Assembly: GCA_020341815.1 (NCBI GenBank)
Contig: CP070837.1
Coordinates: 892,064-956,063, forward strand
DNA from: Candidatus Omnitrophota bacterium
GTDB lineage: Bacteria > Omnitrophota > Gorgyraeia > JAFGHF01
Reading direction: 5' to 3'
Length of the DNA: 64,000 nt
A model generated the notes under the pieces. The model ran no database searches, was not told the origin of the DNA, and was given only the letters and a program-made list of their open reading frames with translations. Each line of letters begins with the position of its first letter. The first letter of the stretch is position 1. The translations under genes and the position numbers were made by a program. Positions 53,371 to 64,000 of this stretch are shown here, piece by piece.

Positions 53371-55084
53371 AAAAATCCACAATCTGTTTGGCCATCACGG
53401 CCGGTACATCTCCCCCGCTTCCCCCGTATTCCAAAAATACCAGCACCGAAATACGCGGCTCGTCAAAGGGGTAAAAGGCTCCGAACCATCCGTGGGCAGG
53501 ACGAGACTCCAGGGCTTGGGCGGTTCCGGTTTTGGCTGCCCACTCGACTCCGGCAATCCTCGCCCTGTGGCCCGTTCCCCGTTCATCGCCAATAACCCGG
53601 CGCATACCTTCTTTAATTATCTCTAAGGTCTCTTCCTTTAAACCTATCTTTTTCCGCGAAACAGCAGCTTCTTCCTCCCCTATCCTTTTTACTATATGCG
53701 GCCGCACAAGGTAACCTCCGTTTGCTACCGCAGAAATCAATTGCGTAATCTGTAAAGGAGTAACCAAAAGATATCCCTGCCCGATAGAAAAATTGGCCGT
53801 CTCTCCATCATACCATTTTTCCTTCTTGACTTTATACTTCCAGCTCTTGGAAGGAACAAGCCCTGTTGACTCATATGGCAAATCTACGCCTGTAGCAGAG
53901 CCTAATCCGAATCTGCGGGCAAAAGAGGATATTTTATCCGGGCCAACGGCCAATCCTAATCTATAAAAGAAGACGTTGCAGGAATGGCAAAGCGCAGAGT
54001 GTATATCTTCATTTCCGTGGCCGTCAAGATTCCAGCAGAAAAATTCGCGCCTGCCCACTTTAAAGCAACCTGGACAGTTAAACTTTTCATCAATAGTAAT
54101 CTTGCCTGTTTCCAATGCTGCTGCGGCTACCACAATCTTAAAGATTGAACCGGGAGGGTAAGTCCCTGAGATAGCTCGATTAACTAAAGGCGCCTCTTTG
54201 GAAGTAAGCAGCTCACTTATCTGTCTGCCGGCCTTAAGGTTTCCATTAAGGGCTGTAATAAACATATTGGGATCGAAATCGGGCTTGCTCACCATGGATA
54301 AAATTTCGCCACGCTCTACATCCATCACGATACAGACGCCTTTTTTTTCCTCCAGGAGACCTTCAACATACCTCTGCAGGTCTGCGTCAATGGTCAAATA
54401 AAGCTTCTCACCCGAAAGAGGCTCCCGCAGGCCCAGAACCTTGACCAGATGACCCCGGCTATCTACTTCTACCTGCTTCCCGCCCCTTTCGCCTCTTAAA
54501 TAAGCATCGAAGGCCTCCTCCACACCACTTCTGCCCACCAAGTCCTCAATCCCTCCCAAACCATATGTCTTAACTCTTTTCAATTCCTCTTCTCTGAGTC
54601 TGCCTAAATATCCAAGAATATGAGAGAAGCTCCTCCGGCTCCGATAATCCCTGAGAGACTCGGTGCGAACAACCAGTCCCGGAATGTCCGATTCCCTGCA
54701 TTCCAAGACAACAGCCTTTTCTTTAGGAATATCGCAGGCAAGGACTACCGGAATAAAGGGGGCGGAAAAGTTTCTCTTAAATTGGCGTAAGAGTCTCTGT
54801 TCGGAGATGTTTAAGATAGGGCTTAAAGCTTTGATGCTCTTTTCGATATTTCTGGTTTCCTGGGGAAGCACAGCCGCATTGAAAATAAGCCTGCGCCCGG
54901 CCAGAATCTTTCCCTTGCGGTCATAAATCTCACCGCGCGCAGCACTCAGCTTAACGAGCTTAATTCTATTATTCTGGCTTAATCTAAAATAGTAAGATTC
55001 TTTGATGAGCTGGTTATAGGCGCAAGCCGCACACAAGAGAAGGAAAAAGATAAAAATTATTTTTTTTAATAACTGGGCGCGCAT
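53354..55084 (-). CDS. mrdA: Penicillin-binding protein 2
   Basis: PGSIFK, SCN, KTGT. Confidence 0.95.
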   Translation of the reverse strand: MRAQLLKKIIFIFFLLLCAACAYNQLIKESYYFRLSQNNRIKLVKLSAARGEIYDRKGKILAGRRLIFNAAVLPQETRNIEKSIKALSPILNISEQRLLRQFKRNFSAPFIPVVLACDIPKEKAVVLECRESDIPGLVVRTESLRDYRSRRSFSHILGYLGRLREEELKRVKTYGLGGIEDLVGRSGVEEAFDAYLRGERGGKQVEVDSRGHLVKVLGLREPLSGEKLYLTIDADLQRYVEGLLEEKKGVCIVMDVERGEILSMVSKPDFDPNMFITALNGNLKAGRQISELLTSKEAPLVNRAISGTYPPGSIFKIVVAAAALETGKITIDEKFNCPGCFKVGRREFFCWNLDGHGNEDIHSALCHSCNVFFYRLGLAVGPDKISSFARRFGLGSATGVDLPYESTGLVPSKSWKYKVKKEKWYDGETANFSIGQGYLLVTPLQITQLISAVANGGYLVRPHIVKRIGEEEAAVSRKKIGLKEETLEIIKEGMRRVIGDERGTGHRARIAGVEWAAKTGTAQALESRPAHGWFGAFYPFDEPRISVLVFLEYGGSGGDVPAVMAKQIVDFYAQLQ

Positions 55085-55090
55085 AATGGC

Positions 55091-55576
55091 TTATTGTATA
55101 TAAAAAACCGTTTTCAAAAAATAAAATAAAACAGGTGAAACGGCTGCAGTATAAAAAGAGGCGGGTAAAATGACGGATATCAAACTGTTAAATATAGATA
55201 GATTTGCGCCGGAGGCCTGCAAAAGAAAAAATAGAAAAAAATAAATTACAAAACTAAAAATAAAAGATATGCTCATCTGGCCTAAGGCCCGCAGGCCTAA
55301 AACCCATCTGCCAAGCTGACCTAAGATGAACCCCCCGAAAGAATAGAGAAATACTACCGCAGCCGTAGGCACCGCAGACGTTGCTTCGCTGAAAAGCCCG
55401 CAAAGGGCCCCTACCACCAGGCCATAAATCCGGCCGTAATAGAAACTGAAAAAAATTACCAAAAGAAGCAGGATGTCAGGTTTGATTCTGAAAATCCGGA
55501 TATAATTAAGCAATGTAGCCTGCAAAACTGCAAATAAAATAACCAAAGAGAGAATTAATAGCTTGTTTGGCTTCAC
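55091..55576 (-). CDS. mreD: Rod shape-determining protein MreD
   Basis: Hydrophobic, KPDILL; between mreC and mrdA. Confidence 0.85.
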   Translation of the reverse strand: MKPNKLLILSLVILFAVLQATLLNYIRIFRIKPDILLLLVIFFSFYYGRIYGLVVGALCGLFSEATSAVPTAAVVFLYSFGGFILGQLGRWVLGLRALGQMSISFIFSFVIYFFLFFLLQASGANLSIFNSLISVILPASFYTAAVSPVLFYFLKTVFYIQ

Positions 55577-55645
55577 CCCGCCCTTCCTTTTCTATTACCC
55601 TCGCCCATATCTCTTATGCAAAGCTTAGTGTCTGGAAGGGCGGGG
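55576..55645. mobile_element. 70-bp miniature inverted-repeat element, copy 3
   Basis: Same termini; TGAA duplication on the - strand. Confidence 0.8.
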
Positions 55646-55646
55646 T

Positions 55647-56447
55647 TCATTGGTTGGTGATAATCATGAGCTCTTCTAAACTTGAGAAGTCAACTGCCGG
55701 GGTAATCTCGGCTATTTTATAGAGCTCGTCTTTATCCTCTTCCACGGCAGAAACTTTTCCAATCGAAAGACCCTTGGGATAAATTTCGCCCAGGCCTGAT
55801 GAAATAATTTCATCGCCTATCTCTACTGTGCCTTGAAGGTATTTCATCTTGCAAATCGCGCGGCCACCTTCGACAGTTCCAAAGACTATACCTTCTTCGC
55901 GGCTGCGTAAAATTTTAGCAGGAATCTTGGAATTACAATCGACAATCAAGGCAACCTTGCTGACGAAAGGATGGGCCTCGATGACTCTACCTGCTAAATT
56001 TGCTCCCAAGACCGCAGGCATACCTCTTTTTATGCCGCTCGATGTTCCTTTATTAATTATGGCAACCTGGGTCCAGTTGGAAGAATCCTTACCGATTAAA
56101 AGAGCTGCCTCTGCATCGTAAAGCTCCTGTTGCGGCAGAGATAAAAGAGCCCTCAGGCGCTGATTTTCCAAGTGCGCCTCCTCTAATCGACGCAACTCTA
56201 CCTTCAACAAATCAAGTTCGACGTTAAGTCTTTTATTTTCTCCGGATAGATCCTGGAATTTCAGGAATTGTCTGGCGCTGGCAGATACGCCTTCGCAAAG
56301 CCTCAAAGGCGGTAAGATGAGAGACGCTACTGCAGGTTTTATATATTTAGAAAGGGAGATGTAGAGAGTTAAAGAAAGGAATATTCCTCCTGATAAAACA
56401 AGAGTTTGAATAGTGGGCTTTAAATTTTTGAACCACCCTAGCCTCAC
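55647..56447 (-). CDS. mreC: Rod shape-determining protein MreC
   Basis: [24 protein letters not shown]. Confidence 0.92.
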   Translation of the reverse strand: MRLGWFKNLKPTIQTLVLSGGIFLSLTLYISLSKYIKPAVASLILPPLRLCEGVSASARQFLKFQDLSGENKRLNVELDLLKVELRRLEEAHLENQRLRALLSLPQQELYDAEAALLIGKDSSNWTQVAIINKGTSSGIKRGMPAVLGANLAGRVIEAHPFVSKVALIVDCNSKIPAKILRSREEGIVFGTVEGGRAICKMKYLQGTVEIGDEIISSGLGEIYPKGLSIGKVSAVEEDKDELYKIAEITPAVDFSSLEELMIITNQ

Positions 56448-57520
56448 GACTCTACCTTTGTGGGAACAAGGAGCTTCTTGAGGTAATGTATCTCGTCCAA
56501 GACTTTCCCTGTTCCCAAGGCCACAGAAGTTATAGGGTCTTCGGTCACATGAACAGGAAGCCCCGTCTCCTCAGAAAGCAATTTATCGATACCGCGCAGA
56601 AGCGAACCGCCCCCGGCCATGACTATTCCCCGCTCAATCAAATCCGCGGAAAGTTCAGGCGGAGTTCTCTCCAGGGCAACCCGGGCCGCCTCCACAATGG
56701 CATTAATGGGAGTGGATAAGGCCTCTCTTACTTCTTCGGAAGAAATACTGATTAATTTGGGAAGTCCCGCTACCAGGTCCCGGCCCCTGACTTCCATGGT
56801 CAGCTCTTCATCCAAAGGAAATGCCGAGCCGATTTTTATTTTTATTTCTTCTGCGGTTCTTTCTCCAACCATAAGGTTGTAGGTCTTCTTCAGATGTTCG
56901 ATAATGGCCTCATCCATCTCGTCGCCGCCAATCCTGATGCATTTGGCATAGACGATACCGGCCAAAGAAATCACCGCCATCTCCGTTGTGCCGCCGCCGA
57001 TATCGACAATCATATTACCCGCCGGCTCCTGAATAGGCATACCCACGCCTACCGCAGCGGCAATAGGCTCTTCCACCAAAAACACTTCACGCGCACCGGC
57101 GTGCTCTGCGGAATCTTTTACTGCGCGCTTCTCCACTTCCGTAATCCCCGAAGGAACGGCAATAATCATTCGCGGGCGCACAAGGACTCGTCGGTGATGG
57201 ACCTTTTTTATAAAGTAACGCAACATATTTTCCGTAATTTCGAAATCGGCTATCACGCCGTCTTTCATCGGCCGGATGGCTACGATACTGCCCGGTGTGC
57301 GTCCCAGCATTCTCTTGGCCTCCTCCCCTACCGCCAAGACACGGGAAGAGCCTTTTTGTATAGCTACTACCGAAGGTTCGCAAAGCACGATACCTTCGTC
57401 TTTAACAAAAACTAAAGTTGAAGCCGTACCCAAGTCAATGCCCATATCATTAGAAAACAACCCCATTAAATAATTTACTCCCTTAACCAGTTGTTTCCAT
57501 ATCTTTAATAAAATGTTCAT
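56444..57520 (-). CDS. mreB: Rod shape-determining protein MreB
   Basis: [23 protein letters not shown]. Confidence 0.97.
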   Translation of the reverse strand: MNILLKIWKQLVKGVNYLMGLFSNDMGIDLGTASTLVFVKDEGIVLCEPSVVAIQKGSSRVLAVGEEAKRMLGRTPGSIVAIRPMKDGVIADFEITENMLRYFIKKVHHRRVLVRPRMIIAVPSGITEVEKRAVKDSAEHAGAREVFLVEEPIAAAVGVGMPIQEPAGNMIVDIGGGTTEMAVISLAGIVYAKCIRIGGDEMDEAIIEHLKKTYNLMVGERTAEEIKIKIGSAFPLDEELTMEVRGRDLVAGLPKLISISSEEVREALSTPINAIVEAARVALERTPPELSADLIERGIVMAGGGSLLRGIDKLLSEETGLPVHVTEDPITSVALGTGKVLDEIHYLKKLLVPTKVES

Positions 57521-57553
57521 TGCCTTTTCACTCCTTGAGTTTGGGTTTTGCTT

Positions 57554-57582
57554 ATTCTATCAAACCTAAGGTCTATTGTCAA
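57554..57582 (-). promoter_or_regulatory. mreB sigma70 promoter
   Basis: TTGACA-N17-TAGAAT. Confidence 0.7.
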
Positions 57583-57612
57583 GTTAAGGATTTAATATTG
57601 AGTAAAAAATTA

Positions 57613-58917
57613 TTACAGCTTTGAAAGCTCTTCAAAGAAGTTGGGATATGAAGTAAAAACACAATCCGTATTTTTGATGGTCGTGCGACCAGAGGCGCAA
57701 AGAGCGGCAACAGCCATACACATAGCCGTGCGATGGTCGCCGAAACTTTCGACAATACTGCCGCTCAGTTTCGAAGGACCGCGGATAATTATATCATTGC
57801 CGCGACTTTCAATATCCGCTTTCATCCTGGTTAAATTAGAAATCATGGAATTAATTCTATCTGTCTCTTTAACTCTCAATTCATCTGCGCCGGCAATTAT
57901 ACTCTCGCCTTCCGCCTGCGTTGCCGCTACCATTAGAATAGGAAGTTCATCGATAAGGGAAGGAATTTCATCGGAACCGATAGTAAAAGCCTTGAGAGAG
58001 CTATACTTTGCCGTTATCTCTCCCTTTAATTCCTGGCTATAATCGCCGGAGGCGGCCTTATCATTTTCATAATTCCAGCGGATAGAGGCCCCCATTTTTT
58101 GCAATACATTTAAAAAAGCTGTGCGCGTGGGATTAAGGCCTACCGATTTTATCGAGACTCTTGAGCCTTTAGAAATGCAGGCTGCTACCAGAAAAAAACT
58201 TGCGCCAGAGGCGTCCCCCGGGATGTCTACGTCTTTAGCGATTAAATCGGCCCTGCCACTTACGGAAACCGAAAGCCCCTCCGGAGAAATATCCGCGCCG
58301 AATTTTTTCAGCATCCTCTCCGTATGGTCTCTGGATTTGGCGGACTCGATTACTTTTGTAATACCCTCGGCATAAAGGCCGGCTAAAAGGATAGCGGATT
58401 TTACCTGCGCGCTGGCTATGGGCATTTCATAAGAAATCGGTTTTAATGTTCGTCCCCGCACGGTCAAAGGGGCAAACTCATTCCCTTGGCGGCCTTTAAT
58501 TTCTGCTCCCATTAAGGACAACGGCTCAATTACCCTTTTCATCGGCCTCTTGGAAAGCGAGGCATCTCCTTCCAGTTCACTGCTAAATCGCTGAGCTGCC
58601 AGGATTCCCAACAAAAGGCGCATAGAAGTGCCGGAGTTACCCAAGTAAAGCTTACCCTTGGGTTTATGCAGACCAATTAATCCTCTTCCTTCGATATAAG
58701 AAAACTCTCCCGACTTAGTTACGGCAATGCCCATATTTTTAAAGGCATCTATGGTGCGCAGGCAGTCTTCGCAACTGGAGAGATTTTTTATTTGTGTCTT
58801 GCCGGAGGCAATAGATGCAATAATAACTGCCCGGTGGGAAATAGATTTGTCGGCAGGAGGCGTAATTTGACCGGATATTTTTTTGGCTTCAATGGTAATA
58901 TTGGACATTTTTTTCAC
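57613..58917 (-). CDS. aroA: EPSP synthase
   Basis: DKSISHR, GNSGT, SAQVKS, KETDRI, GDHR. Confidence 0.96.
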   Translation of the reverse strand: MKKMSNITIEAKKISGQITPPADKSISHRAVIIASIASGKTQIKNLSSCEDCLRTIDAFKNMGIAVTKSGEFSYIEGRGLIGLHKPKGKLYLGNSGTSMRLLLGILAAQRFSSELEGDASLSKRPMKRVIEPLSLMGAEIKGRQGNEFAPLTVRGRTLKPISYEMPIASAQVKSAILLAGLYAEGITKVIESAKSRDHTERMLKKFGADISPEGLSVSVSGRADLIAKDVDIPGDASGASFFLVAACISKGSRVSIKSVGLNPTRTAFLNVLQKMGASIRWNYENDKAASGDYSQELKGEITAKYSSLKAFTIGSDEIPSLIDELPILMVAATQAEGESIIAGADELRVKETDRINSMISNLTRMKADIESRGNDIIIRGPSKLSGSIVESFGDHRTAMCMAVAALCASGRTTIKNTDCVFTSYPNFFEELSKL

Positions 58918-59819
58918 TTATGAGAGCAGTATAACATAAAATTCTCGGGAACGCCAGATTGAAATTCAACAAATTTCCCTGTGCGAGGATGCTGAAAACC
59001 CAATACCTTTGCATGTAGCGCCAGGCGTTCGAAGTCGCCTCCTCTGCCATAGCGGGTATCTCCCAGAATTGGGTGGCCGTGAAATTTCAAATGAACCCTT
59101 AACTGATGCGTGCGGCCGGTGTGCGGGATAAGCTCAAGCAAGGTTGCACTTTTAAGCCTTTTTAGAACTTTATATCTGGTTAAGGCCGGGCGGCTTTTTT
59201 TATGAAAGCTTACCGCCATCTTCTGGCGATGGTGGGGGTCCCTGGCGATAGGCATCTCTATCTGCCCTTCATCATGGGCAACCTTTCCTTTGACCAGGGC
59301 TATATATTTGCGCCTAACAGTATGGCTGCGAAACTGCTTGGCCAGGCCCAAATGAGCAAAATCGTTTTTGGCAATAACCAAAAGCCCTGTTGTATCTTTA
59401 TCCAGGCGATGCACTATCCCCGGCCTTAAAGGGCCGTTGACCGTAGAAAGCGGACATCCGTAATGCAATAAGGCATTTACTAAAGTCCCGGAATAACACC
59501 CTGCGGCCGGATGCGTAACCATACCCGAAGGCTTATTTATTACCAGGATATCCTCATCCTCAAAGACGATATCCAGCGGTATCTCCTCAGGTGAAACTTG
59601 CATGCTGGGCTGAACCGGAGGAATATTGACGCGCAGCGCGTCATTTTCTCTAACCTTATAATGGGCCTTGGCGGGCTTTTCGTTTACGAAAACCATTCCC
59701 GTCTTTATCAGCCGCTGGATTCGCGAACGGGAGATAGGAAGTTCCAGGTTTTTGATTATAAAGTGGTCCAGCCTTAACCCCTTATCTGCGCTGCTTACTT
59801 TGAAAGTAACCTCTTGCAT
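58914..59819 (-). CDS. rluD: RluA/RluD family pseudouridine synthase
   Basis: S4 domain, HRLDKDTTG, TGRTHQLR. Confidence 0.9.
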   Translation of the reverse strand: MQEVTFKVSSADKGLRLDHFIIKNLELPISRSRIQRLIKTGMVFVNEKPAKAHYKVRENDALRVNIPPVQPSMQVSPEEIPLDIVFEDEDILVINKPSGMVTHPAAGCYSGTLVNALLHYGCPLSTVNGPLRPGIVHRLDKDTTGLLVIAKNDFAHLGLAKQFRSHTVRRKYIALVKGKVAHDEGQIEMPIARDPHHRQKMAVSFHKKSRPALTRYKVLKRLKSATLLELIPHTGRTHQLRVHLKFHGHPILGDTRYGRGGDFERLALHAKVLGFQHPRTGKFVEFQSGVPENFMLYCSHK

Positions 59820-59846
59820 ATTTGCACCAGGCACGTAAAGACGCCT

Positions 59847-60587
59847 TCAGCGTCCACGTGCCAGTCTCGTGATGCGAAGCATTTTACGAGACCAGATTAA
59901 AGATGAGACTATAAAAATTACTGCGCTAATCAATTGATGCAGAGTCAAATTTGCCCATAACGGCAAATTATCACCGCGTAAATATTCCATAAAAAATCGC
60001 GATACGCTATAAAGCAGGCAGTATAAAAGAAAGACCTCGCCCGGAAAATATGCCTTTTCCTTTTTTCTCTTCGCCTGAAACATTCTTAAAATAACAAAAA
60101 TTACCAACAGATTAAACGAAGCATAAAGCTGCACGGGATGACGGCCTATATTTTCTGCGGGCCTTCCGTAACAGCAGCCGTTTAGAAAACAGCCAATTCT
60201 GCCGATTGCCTGAGCCAGGGCCAGATAAGGACAAACTATATCGAATATCTTTATGACGGAAAGTCTTTGCCTCTTCAAAAAAATGACTGCGGAAATTGTC
60301 GCCAGGATGAGCCCGCCATAAAAACTTAAGCCCCCTCTCTGAAGCATAAATATGGCGCCGGGATATTCAATATAAAACTTTAGATTCTGCAATACATAAA
60401 GCGCTCGCGCCCCTAATATTGCCGAAATCGCCAGCACCAAAGAAAGGTTTACTATTACATCGGGCTCCACATCTTGCCTTGCTGCCTCAAGGCGCGCTAA
60501 ATATGCGCCGAGGATAAAGGCAACGGCCACCATAAAGCCGTAGGAATATATTTTAAGAGGGCCTATTTCGAAAAGGATAGGGTGCAT
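59847..60587 (-). CDS. lgt: Prolipoprotein diacylglyceryl transferase
   Basis: MHPILF, GGLSFYGG, GRIGCFLNGCCYG, HPVQLY. Confidence 0.95.
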   Translation of the reverse strand: MHPILFEIGPLKIYSYGFMVAVAFILGAYLARLEAARQDVEPDVIVNLSLVLAISAILGARALYVLQNLKFYIEYPGAIFMLQRGGLSFYGGLILATISAVIFLKRQRLSVIKIFDIVCPYLALAQAIGRIGCFLNGCCYGRPAENIGRHPVQLYASFNLLVIFVILRMFQAKRKKEKAYFPGEVFLLYCLLYSVSRFFMEYLRGDNLPLWANLTLHQLISAVIFIVSSLIWSRKMLRITRLARGR

Positions 60588-60594
60588 AGCTAAC

Positions 60595-61065
60595 TTAATG
60601 TTTATGTTTGAGTATGTGTAATACCAATAAGGCCGTGCCAATGGTAATAGCGCTATCGGCTATATTAAAAACCGGCCAGATACGAAAATCCAGAAAATCG
60701 ATTACGAAACCAAAACGTATCCGGTCAATCAGATTACCCACTGCCCCGGCCAAAATCAGGGATAGAAAAATCTGCCTCAACTGCCGGGGGCCTTTAGCCG
60801 TCCCTTTGCCAAAAAACTCCTTATAGAAAAAAAGGGTAAAGGCAATTATTACAATGGAGACGTAGATAATCCATGCAAAGGAAGATCTTGAGTTTCCAGA
60901 GAACAGACCGAAGGCCAAGCCCTTGTTGCAGACAAGGCTGATATGAAAAATATTCTTGATTACGGGGAAAGATTGAAAAGGCTGGAAGTTCTTAAGGATA
61001 ATAAACTTGCTTAGCTGATCAAGAATTAATATCCCAAAGAAAAAGGAAACGGCCCTTTTCTTCAT
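60595..61065 (-). CDS. lspA: Lipoprotein signal peptidase
   Basis: DQLSK, NKGLAFG, GNLIDR, VFNIAD. Confidence 0.95.
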   Translation of the reverse strand: MKKRAVSFFFGILILDQLSKFIILKNFQPFQSFPVIKNIFHISLVCNKGLAFGLFSGNSRSSFAWIIYVSIVIIAFTLFFYKEFFGKGTAKGPRQLRQIFLSLILAGAVGNLIDRIRFGFVIDFLDFRIWPVFNIADSAITIGTALLVLHILKHKH

Positions 61066-61072
61066 AAATTTA

Positions 61073-61140
61073 CCCCGCCCTTCTTTTTATTGCCTCCGCC
61101 CATATCTATTTATACAAAGCAGGTATTAGGAAGGGCGGGG
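61073..61140. mobile_element. 68-bp miniature inverted-repeat element, copy 4
   Basis: Same termini; begins directly after the upstream gene's stop codon. Confidence 0.75.
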
Positions 61141-61551
61141 CTAAGAGGCCTTCGGCTTAGCCTCTTCCTTTCTCTGGCAATCTATGCAGAGCACAGCATA
61201 GGGTACGGCCTGCAGGCGCTTGCGGGTGATAGCCTTATTACATTTCGAGCATCGGCCGTAACTCTTATCCTTTATTCTTCCCAGGGCCTCATCGATTGCA
61301 AAAATCACCTTTTGATTGTCGCTTGCCAGGTTTAAAGAAAACTCCCGGTCGTAATTATCTGAGGCCTGATCGGCCATATGGAAAGAATACCCCGAGAGGT
61401 CTCCGGAGGCCTCTCTTTGCGACTTGCTTAATGTGTCTTTGGTGATATTATTCATTTCCGAAATCAGGTCTTCTCTTTTCTTCAGAAGAATCTTTTTGAA
61501 TTTCTCCAAATCCCTTTTATTCATCTTGACTGCCTTTGCCATCTTATTCAT
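61141..61551 (-). CDS. TraR/DksA family C4 zinc-finger protein
   Basis: HMADQASD, YGRCSKC...RL.AVP...CIDC. Confidence 0.88.
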   Translation of the reverse strand: MNKMAKAVKMNKRDLEKFKKILLKKREDLISEMNNITKDTLSKSQREASGDLSGYSFHMADQASDNYDREFSLNLASDNQKVIFAIDEALGRIKDKSYGRCSKCNKAITRKRLQAVPYAVLCIDCQRKEEAKPKAS

Positions 61552-64000
61552 CTCCTTTTTCTATAACTTCTACGCACCTCTGGCACAATGAAGGGTGCGT
61601 ATTGCTTTTCCCTACCGAAGACCGGTAATTCCAGCAACGCTGGCATTTGGGATAATTTATCTTTTCTATCCTTATTTCCAAATTCGCAATATCTCCGGAG
61701 GCATCCGAGTGAGATTCTGCGGAAGAAACCTCTGGACGCCCTACGGAAACATCGGAAACTATAAAGATTGAAATAAGCAACCCCTGGCTTGCCTTTAAGA
61801 ATTGAAATAATTCATCTGTGCGGGCAAAAAGCAGGACTCTGGCCTCCAGGGCGCTATGAATTAAGCCCTTTTCTCTTTCGTTTTCAATTGCCTTAAGCAC
61901 CGCTTCGCGCAACTTGACCAATCTCTTCATTTTCTCATCCAAAGCCGGATTAACCCACCTGCGCCCTATCTCGGGCCAGCGATGCAGCATGATTGACTCT
62001 ATTTTCTCTTCCCTCAGCACCTTGGAAAGACGCCCCCAGATTTCCTCAGCGGTGAAACTAAGTATAGGGGCAAGCATCTTTGTAAGCGCGCTAAGAATCT
62101 CACAAATTGCAGTCTGCGCCGAACGGCGCGGGAGGCTATTTCTGCCAAATGTATAGAGCCTGTCTTTGAGGACATCCAGATAAAAAGAAGACATCTCGGT
62201 TACGCAAAAATTATGCAGCCTTCGGAATATCTTATAATAACCGAAGTCGTCAAAGTCATCGCTTACGCCCTTCACTAATCTTGCCAGAGAAGACAGGGCC
62301 CATTTGTCCAGCTCCTCAAGTTCCCCGTATTTTACTTTTTTATCGGGCGTGAAGTCACAAAGGTTACCTATAAGGAAACGCAAGGTGTTACGAACCTTGC
62401 GGTAGGCATCGGAGACGCCGGATAAAATGCGGGGGGAAATCCTGACATCCTCACCATAATAGCAAGAAGCAACCCAGAGCCTTAATATCTCTGCGCCGAA
62501 TTTTTCGGTTATCTCCTCAGGCGTTATTACATTGCCCCTGGACTTGGACATCTTCTTACCCTCTCCGTCCATAACAAAGCCGTGGGTTAGCACATTAAGA
62601 TATGGGGCCTTGCCGGTTAAAGGCACAGAGGTCAAAAGCGCGGTCTGAAACCACCCGCGATGCTGGTCGCTCCCTTCAAGATAGAGCGAAGCCGGAAAAG
62701 CTAATTCCTTAGAGTTAGCCAAAACCGCCTGATGGCTGACGCCGGAGTCAAACCAGACATCGATAATATCTTCTTCCTTTGTAAACTCTTCTTCCTTGCA
62801 GCTAGGACAATGCGCCTTCCCACCCAGAAGCTCATCTACGCTTTTGCTAAACCAGGCGTCTGTCCCCTCCTCTGAAACAATTCCGGCAACCCGCTCCATT
62901 ATATCCATCTGCAAGAGTTCTTTTCCGCAGCTTTTACAATAAAATACGGGGATAGGCACGCCCCAGAATCTCTGGCGGGAAAGACACCAGTCAGGACGCA
63001 TTTGGAGCATACTCAAGATGCGCCTCTGGCTCCCTTCAGGGATCCAGCGGACTTTTCTTACCTGCTTTAATGCCTTTTCCCTTAGCTGCTTGTGCTCAAC
63101 ATTAATAAACCACTGCTTGGTGCTTCTGGTAATCAAGGGGGTTTTGCATCTCCAGCAATGAGGGTAAGAATGCAGCGTCTCTGATGCATGAAGCAGGGAC
63201 TTGTTCTTCCTCATTTTATCTATAATTAATTCATTGGCCTCAAAGACCTTCGAGCCTGCAAACTCTGTGCAGGTTTTGTCAAACCTGCCTTTCTCATCCA
63301 CCGGCATTATTACAGGCAGCTTGTATTTTAAGCCGGTCAGGTAATCCTCTTGCCCGTGTCCGGGAGCGGTATGCACACAACCCGTCCCCTCATCATTAGA
63401 AACATAATCTGCCAGGACCAGGTGCGACCGACGCTCAAGGAACGGATGAACTGCCTCTATATTTTCTAAAGCACGCCCTTTTACCTCGCCTATTTTTCTG
63501 TAATCTTTAATTCCTGTCTCATGCATTACCTTCTCTGCCAGCTCCTCAGCCAAAATCATAATTTCTTTAAGTCCATTGGGCGCAGAGGTCTCTACCAGAG
63601 AATACTTAAACTTAGGATGCACGGCAACAGCCACATTAGACATAAGGGTCCAGGGCGTAGTAGTCCAGATGAGAAAATAGACCTTATCCGGTATTTCGTA
63701 TCCCTTATCTTTTATCCAGGGCCTTACAATCTCTTTCGCATTTAAAAGGGGGAACTTTACATAAATGGATGGGGAGCGGCGGTCTTCATACTCCACCTCC
63801 GCCTCAGCCAGGGCAGTCTCACATCCTATACACCAGTTAATCGGCTTAAGACCGTGATAGATATATTTGCCCTTGGCAAGCCTGGCAAAAGCGCGGATAA
63901 TTTCCGCCTCATAAGCAAAGTCCAGGGTTAAATACGGCTTTTGCCAGTCGGCAACCAGACCCAGTTTTTTGAACTGCTCTCTCTGGATGTTTACAAACTT
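61544..64000 (-). CDS. ileS: Isoleucine--tRNA ligase (5' partial; runs off the window)
   Basis: WTTTPWT, GSDQHRGWF, KMSKS, C-terminal Zn finger. Confidence 0.97.
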   Translation of the reverse strand, partial: KFVNIQREQFKKLGLVADWQKPYLTLDFAYEAEIIRAFARLAKGKYIYHGLKPINWCIGCETALAEAEVEYEDRRSPSIYVKFPLLNAKEIVRPWIKDKGYEIPDKVYFLIWTTTPWTLMSNVAVAVHPKFKYSLVETSAPNGLKEIMILAEELAEKVMHETGIKDYRKIGEVKGRALENIEAVHPFLERRSHLVLADYVSNDEGTGCVHTAPGHGQEDYLTGLKYKLPVIMPVDEKGRFDKTCTEFAGSKVFEANELIIDKMRKNKSLLHASETLHSYPHCWRCKTPLITRSTKQWFINVEHKQLREKALKQVRKVRWIPEGSQRRILSMLQMRPDWCLSRQRFWGVPIPVFYCKSCGKELLQMDIMERVAGIVSEEGTDAWFSKSVDELLGGKAHCPSCKEEEFTKEEDIIDVWFDSGVSHQAVLANSKELAFPASLYLEGSDQHRGWFQTALLTSVPLTGKAPYLNVLTHGFVMDGEGKKMSKSRGNVITPEEITEKFGAEILRLWVASCYYGEDVRISPRILSGVSDAYRKVRNTLRFLIGNLCDFTPDKKVKYGELEELDKWALSSLARLVKGVSDDFDDFGYYKIFRRLHNFCVTEMSSFYLDVLKDRLYTFGRNSLPRRSAQTAICEILSALTKMLAPILSFTAEEIWGRLSKVLREEKIESIMLHRWPEIGRRWVNPALDEKMKRLVKLREAVLKAIENEREKGLIHSALEARVLLFARTDELFQFLKASQGLLISIFIVSDVSVGRPEVSSAESHSDASGDIANLEIRIEKINYPKCQRCWNYRSSVGKSNTHPSLCQRCVEVIEKGDE

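Overview
This is a bacterial chromosomal window, probably Candidatus Omnitrophota (inferred from gene content: TIGR04073 protein, four PilZ proteins, tandem MshEN-PilB type IV pilus locus, short Mfd). It starts at the probable replication terminus: genes are on + up to 2449, a dif-like Xer site sits at 2508-2535, and every convincing gene from 3015 to 64000 is on the - strand. Most of the window is housekeeping (guaB-like, groESL with CIRCE, coaX, pdxA, surA, mfd, argS, nadD, proAB, obg, rpmA/rplU, rng, rodA-mrdA-mreDCB, aroA, rluD, lgt, lspA, dksA-like, partial ileS). It also holds a type IV pilus cluster headed by a c-di-GMP-I riboswitch and a ~1770-aa multidomain surface protein. The most unusual signals are: (1) a ~350-bp helically phased TTAC array next to dif, with a DnaA box, phased ATAGGC-type motifs and two paralogous HTH domains, one fused to a LAGLIDADG protein; (2) a four-copy 68-70-bp palindromic element that inserts in frame at the prepilin cleavage motif of two pilins and rebuilds it, and also sits at the mreC/mreD stop-start overlap; (3) a related-looking palindrome inserted in frame in the PdxA GHTE motif; (4) an apparently stand-alone c-di-GMP aptamer RNA with a ~100-nt insertion; (5) a two-gene islet with a candidate HEPN protein, terminal direct repeats and a long branched palindrome. 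All calls come from reading the sequence by eye; no searches were run.
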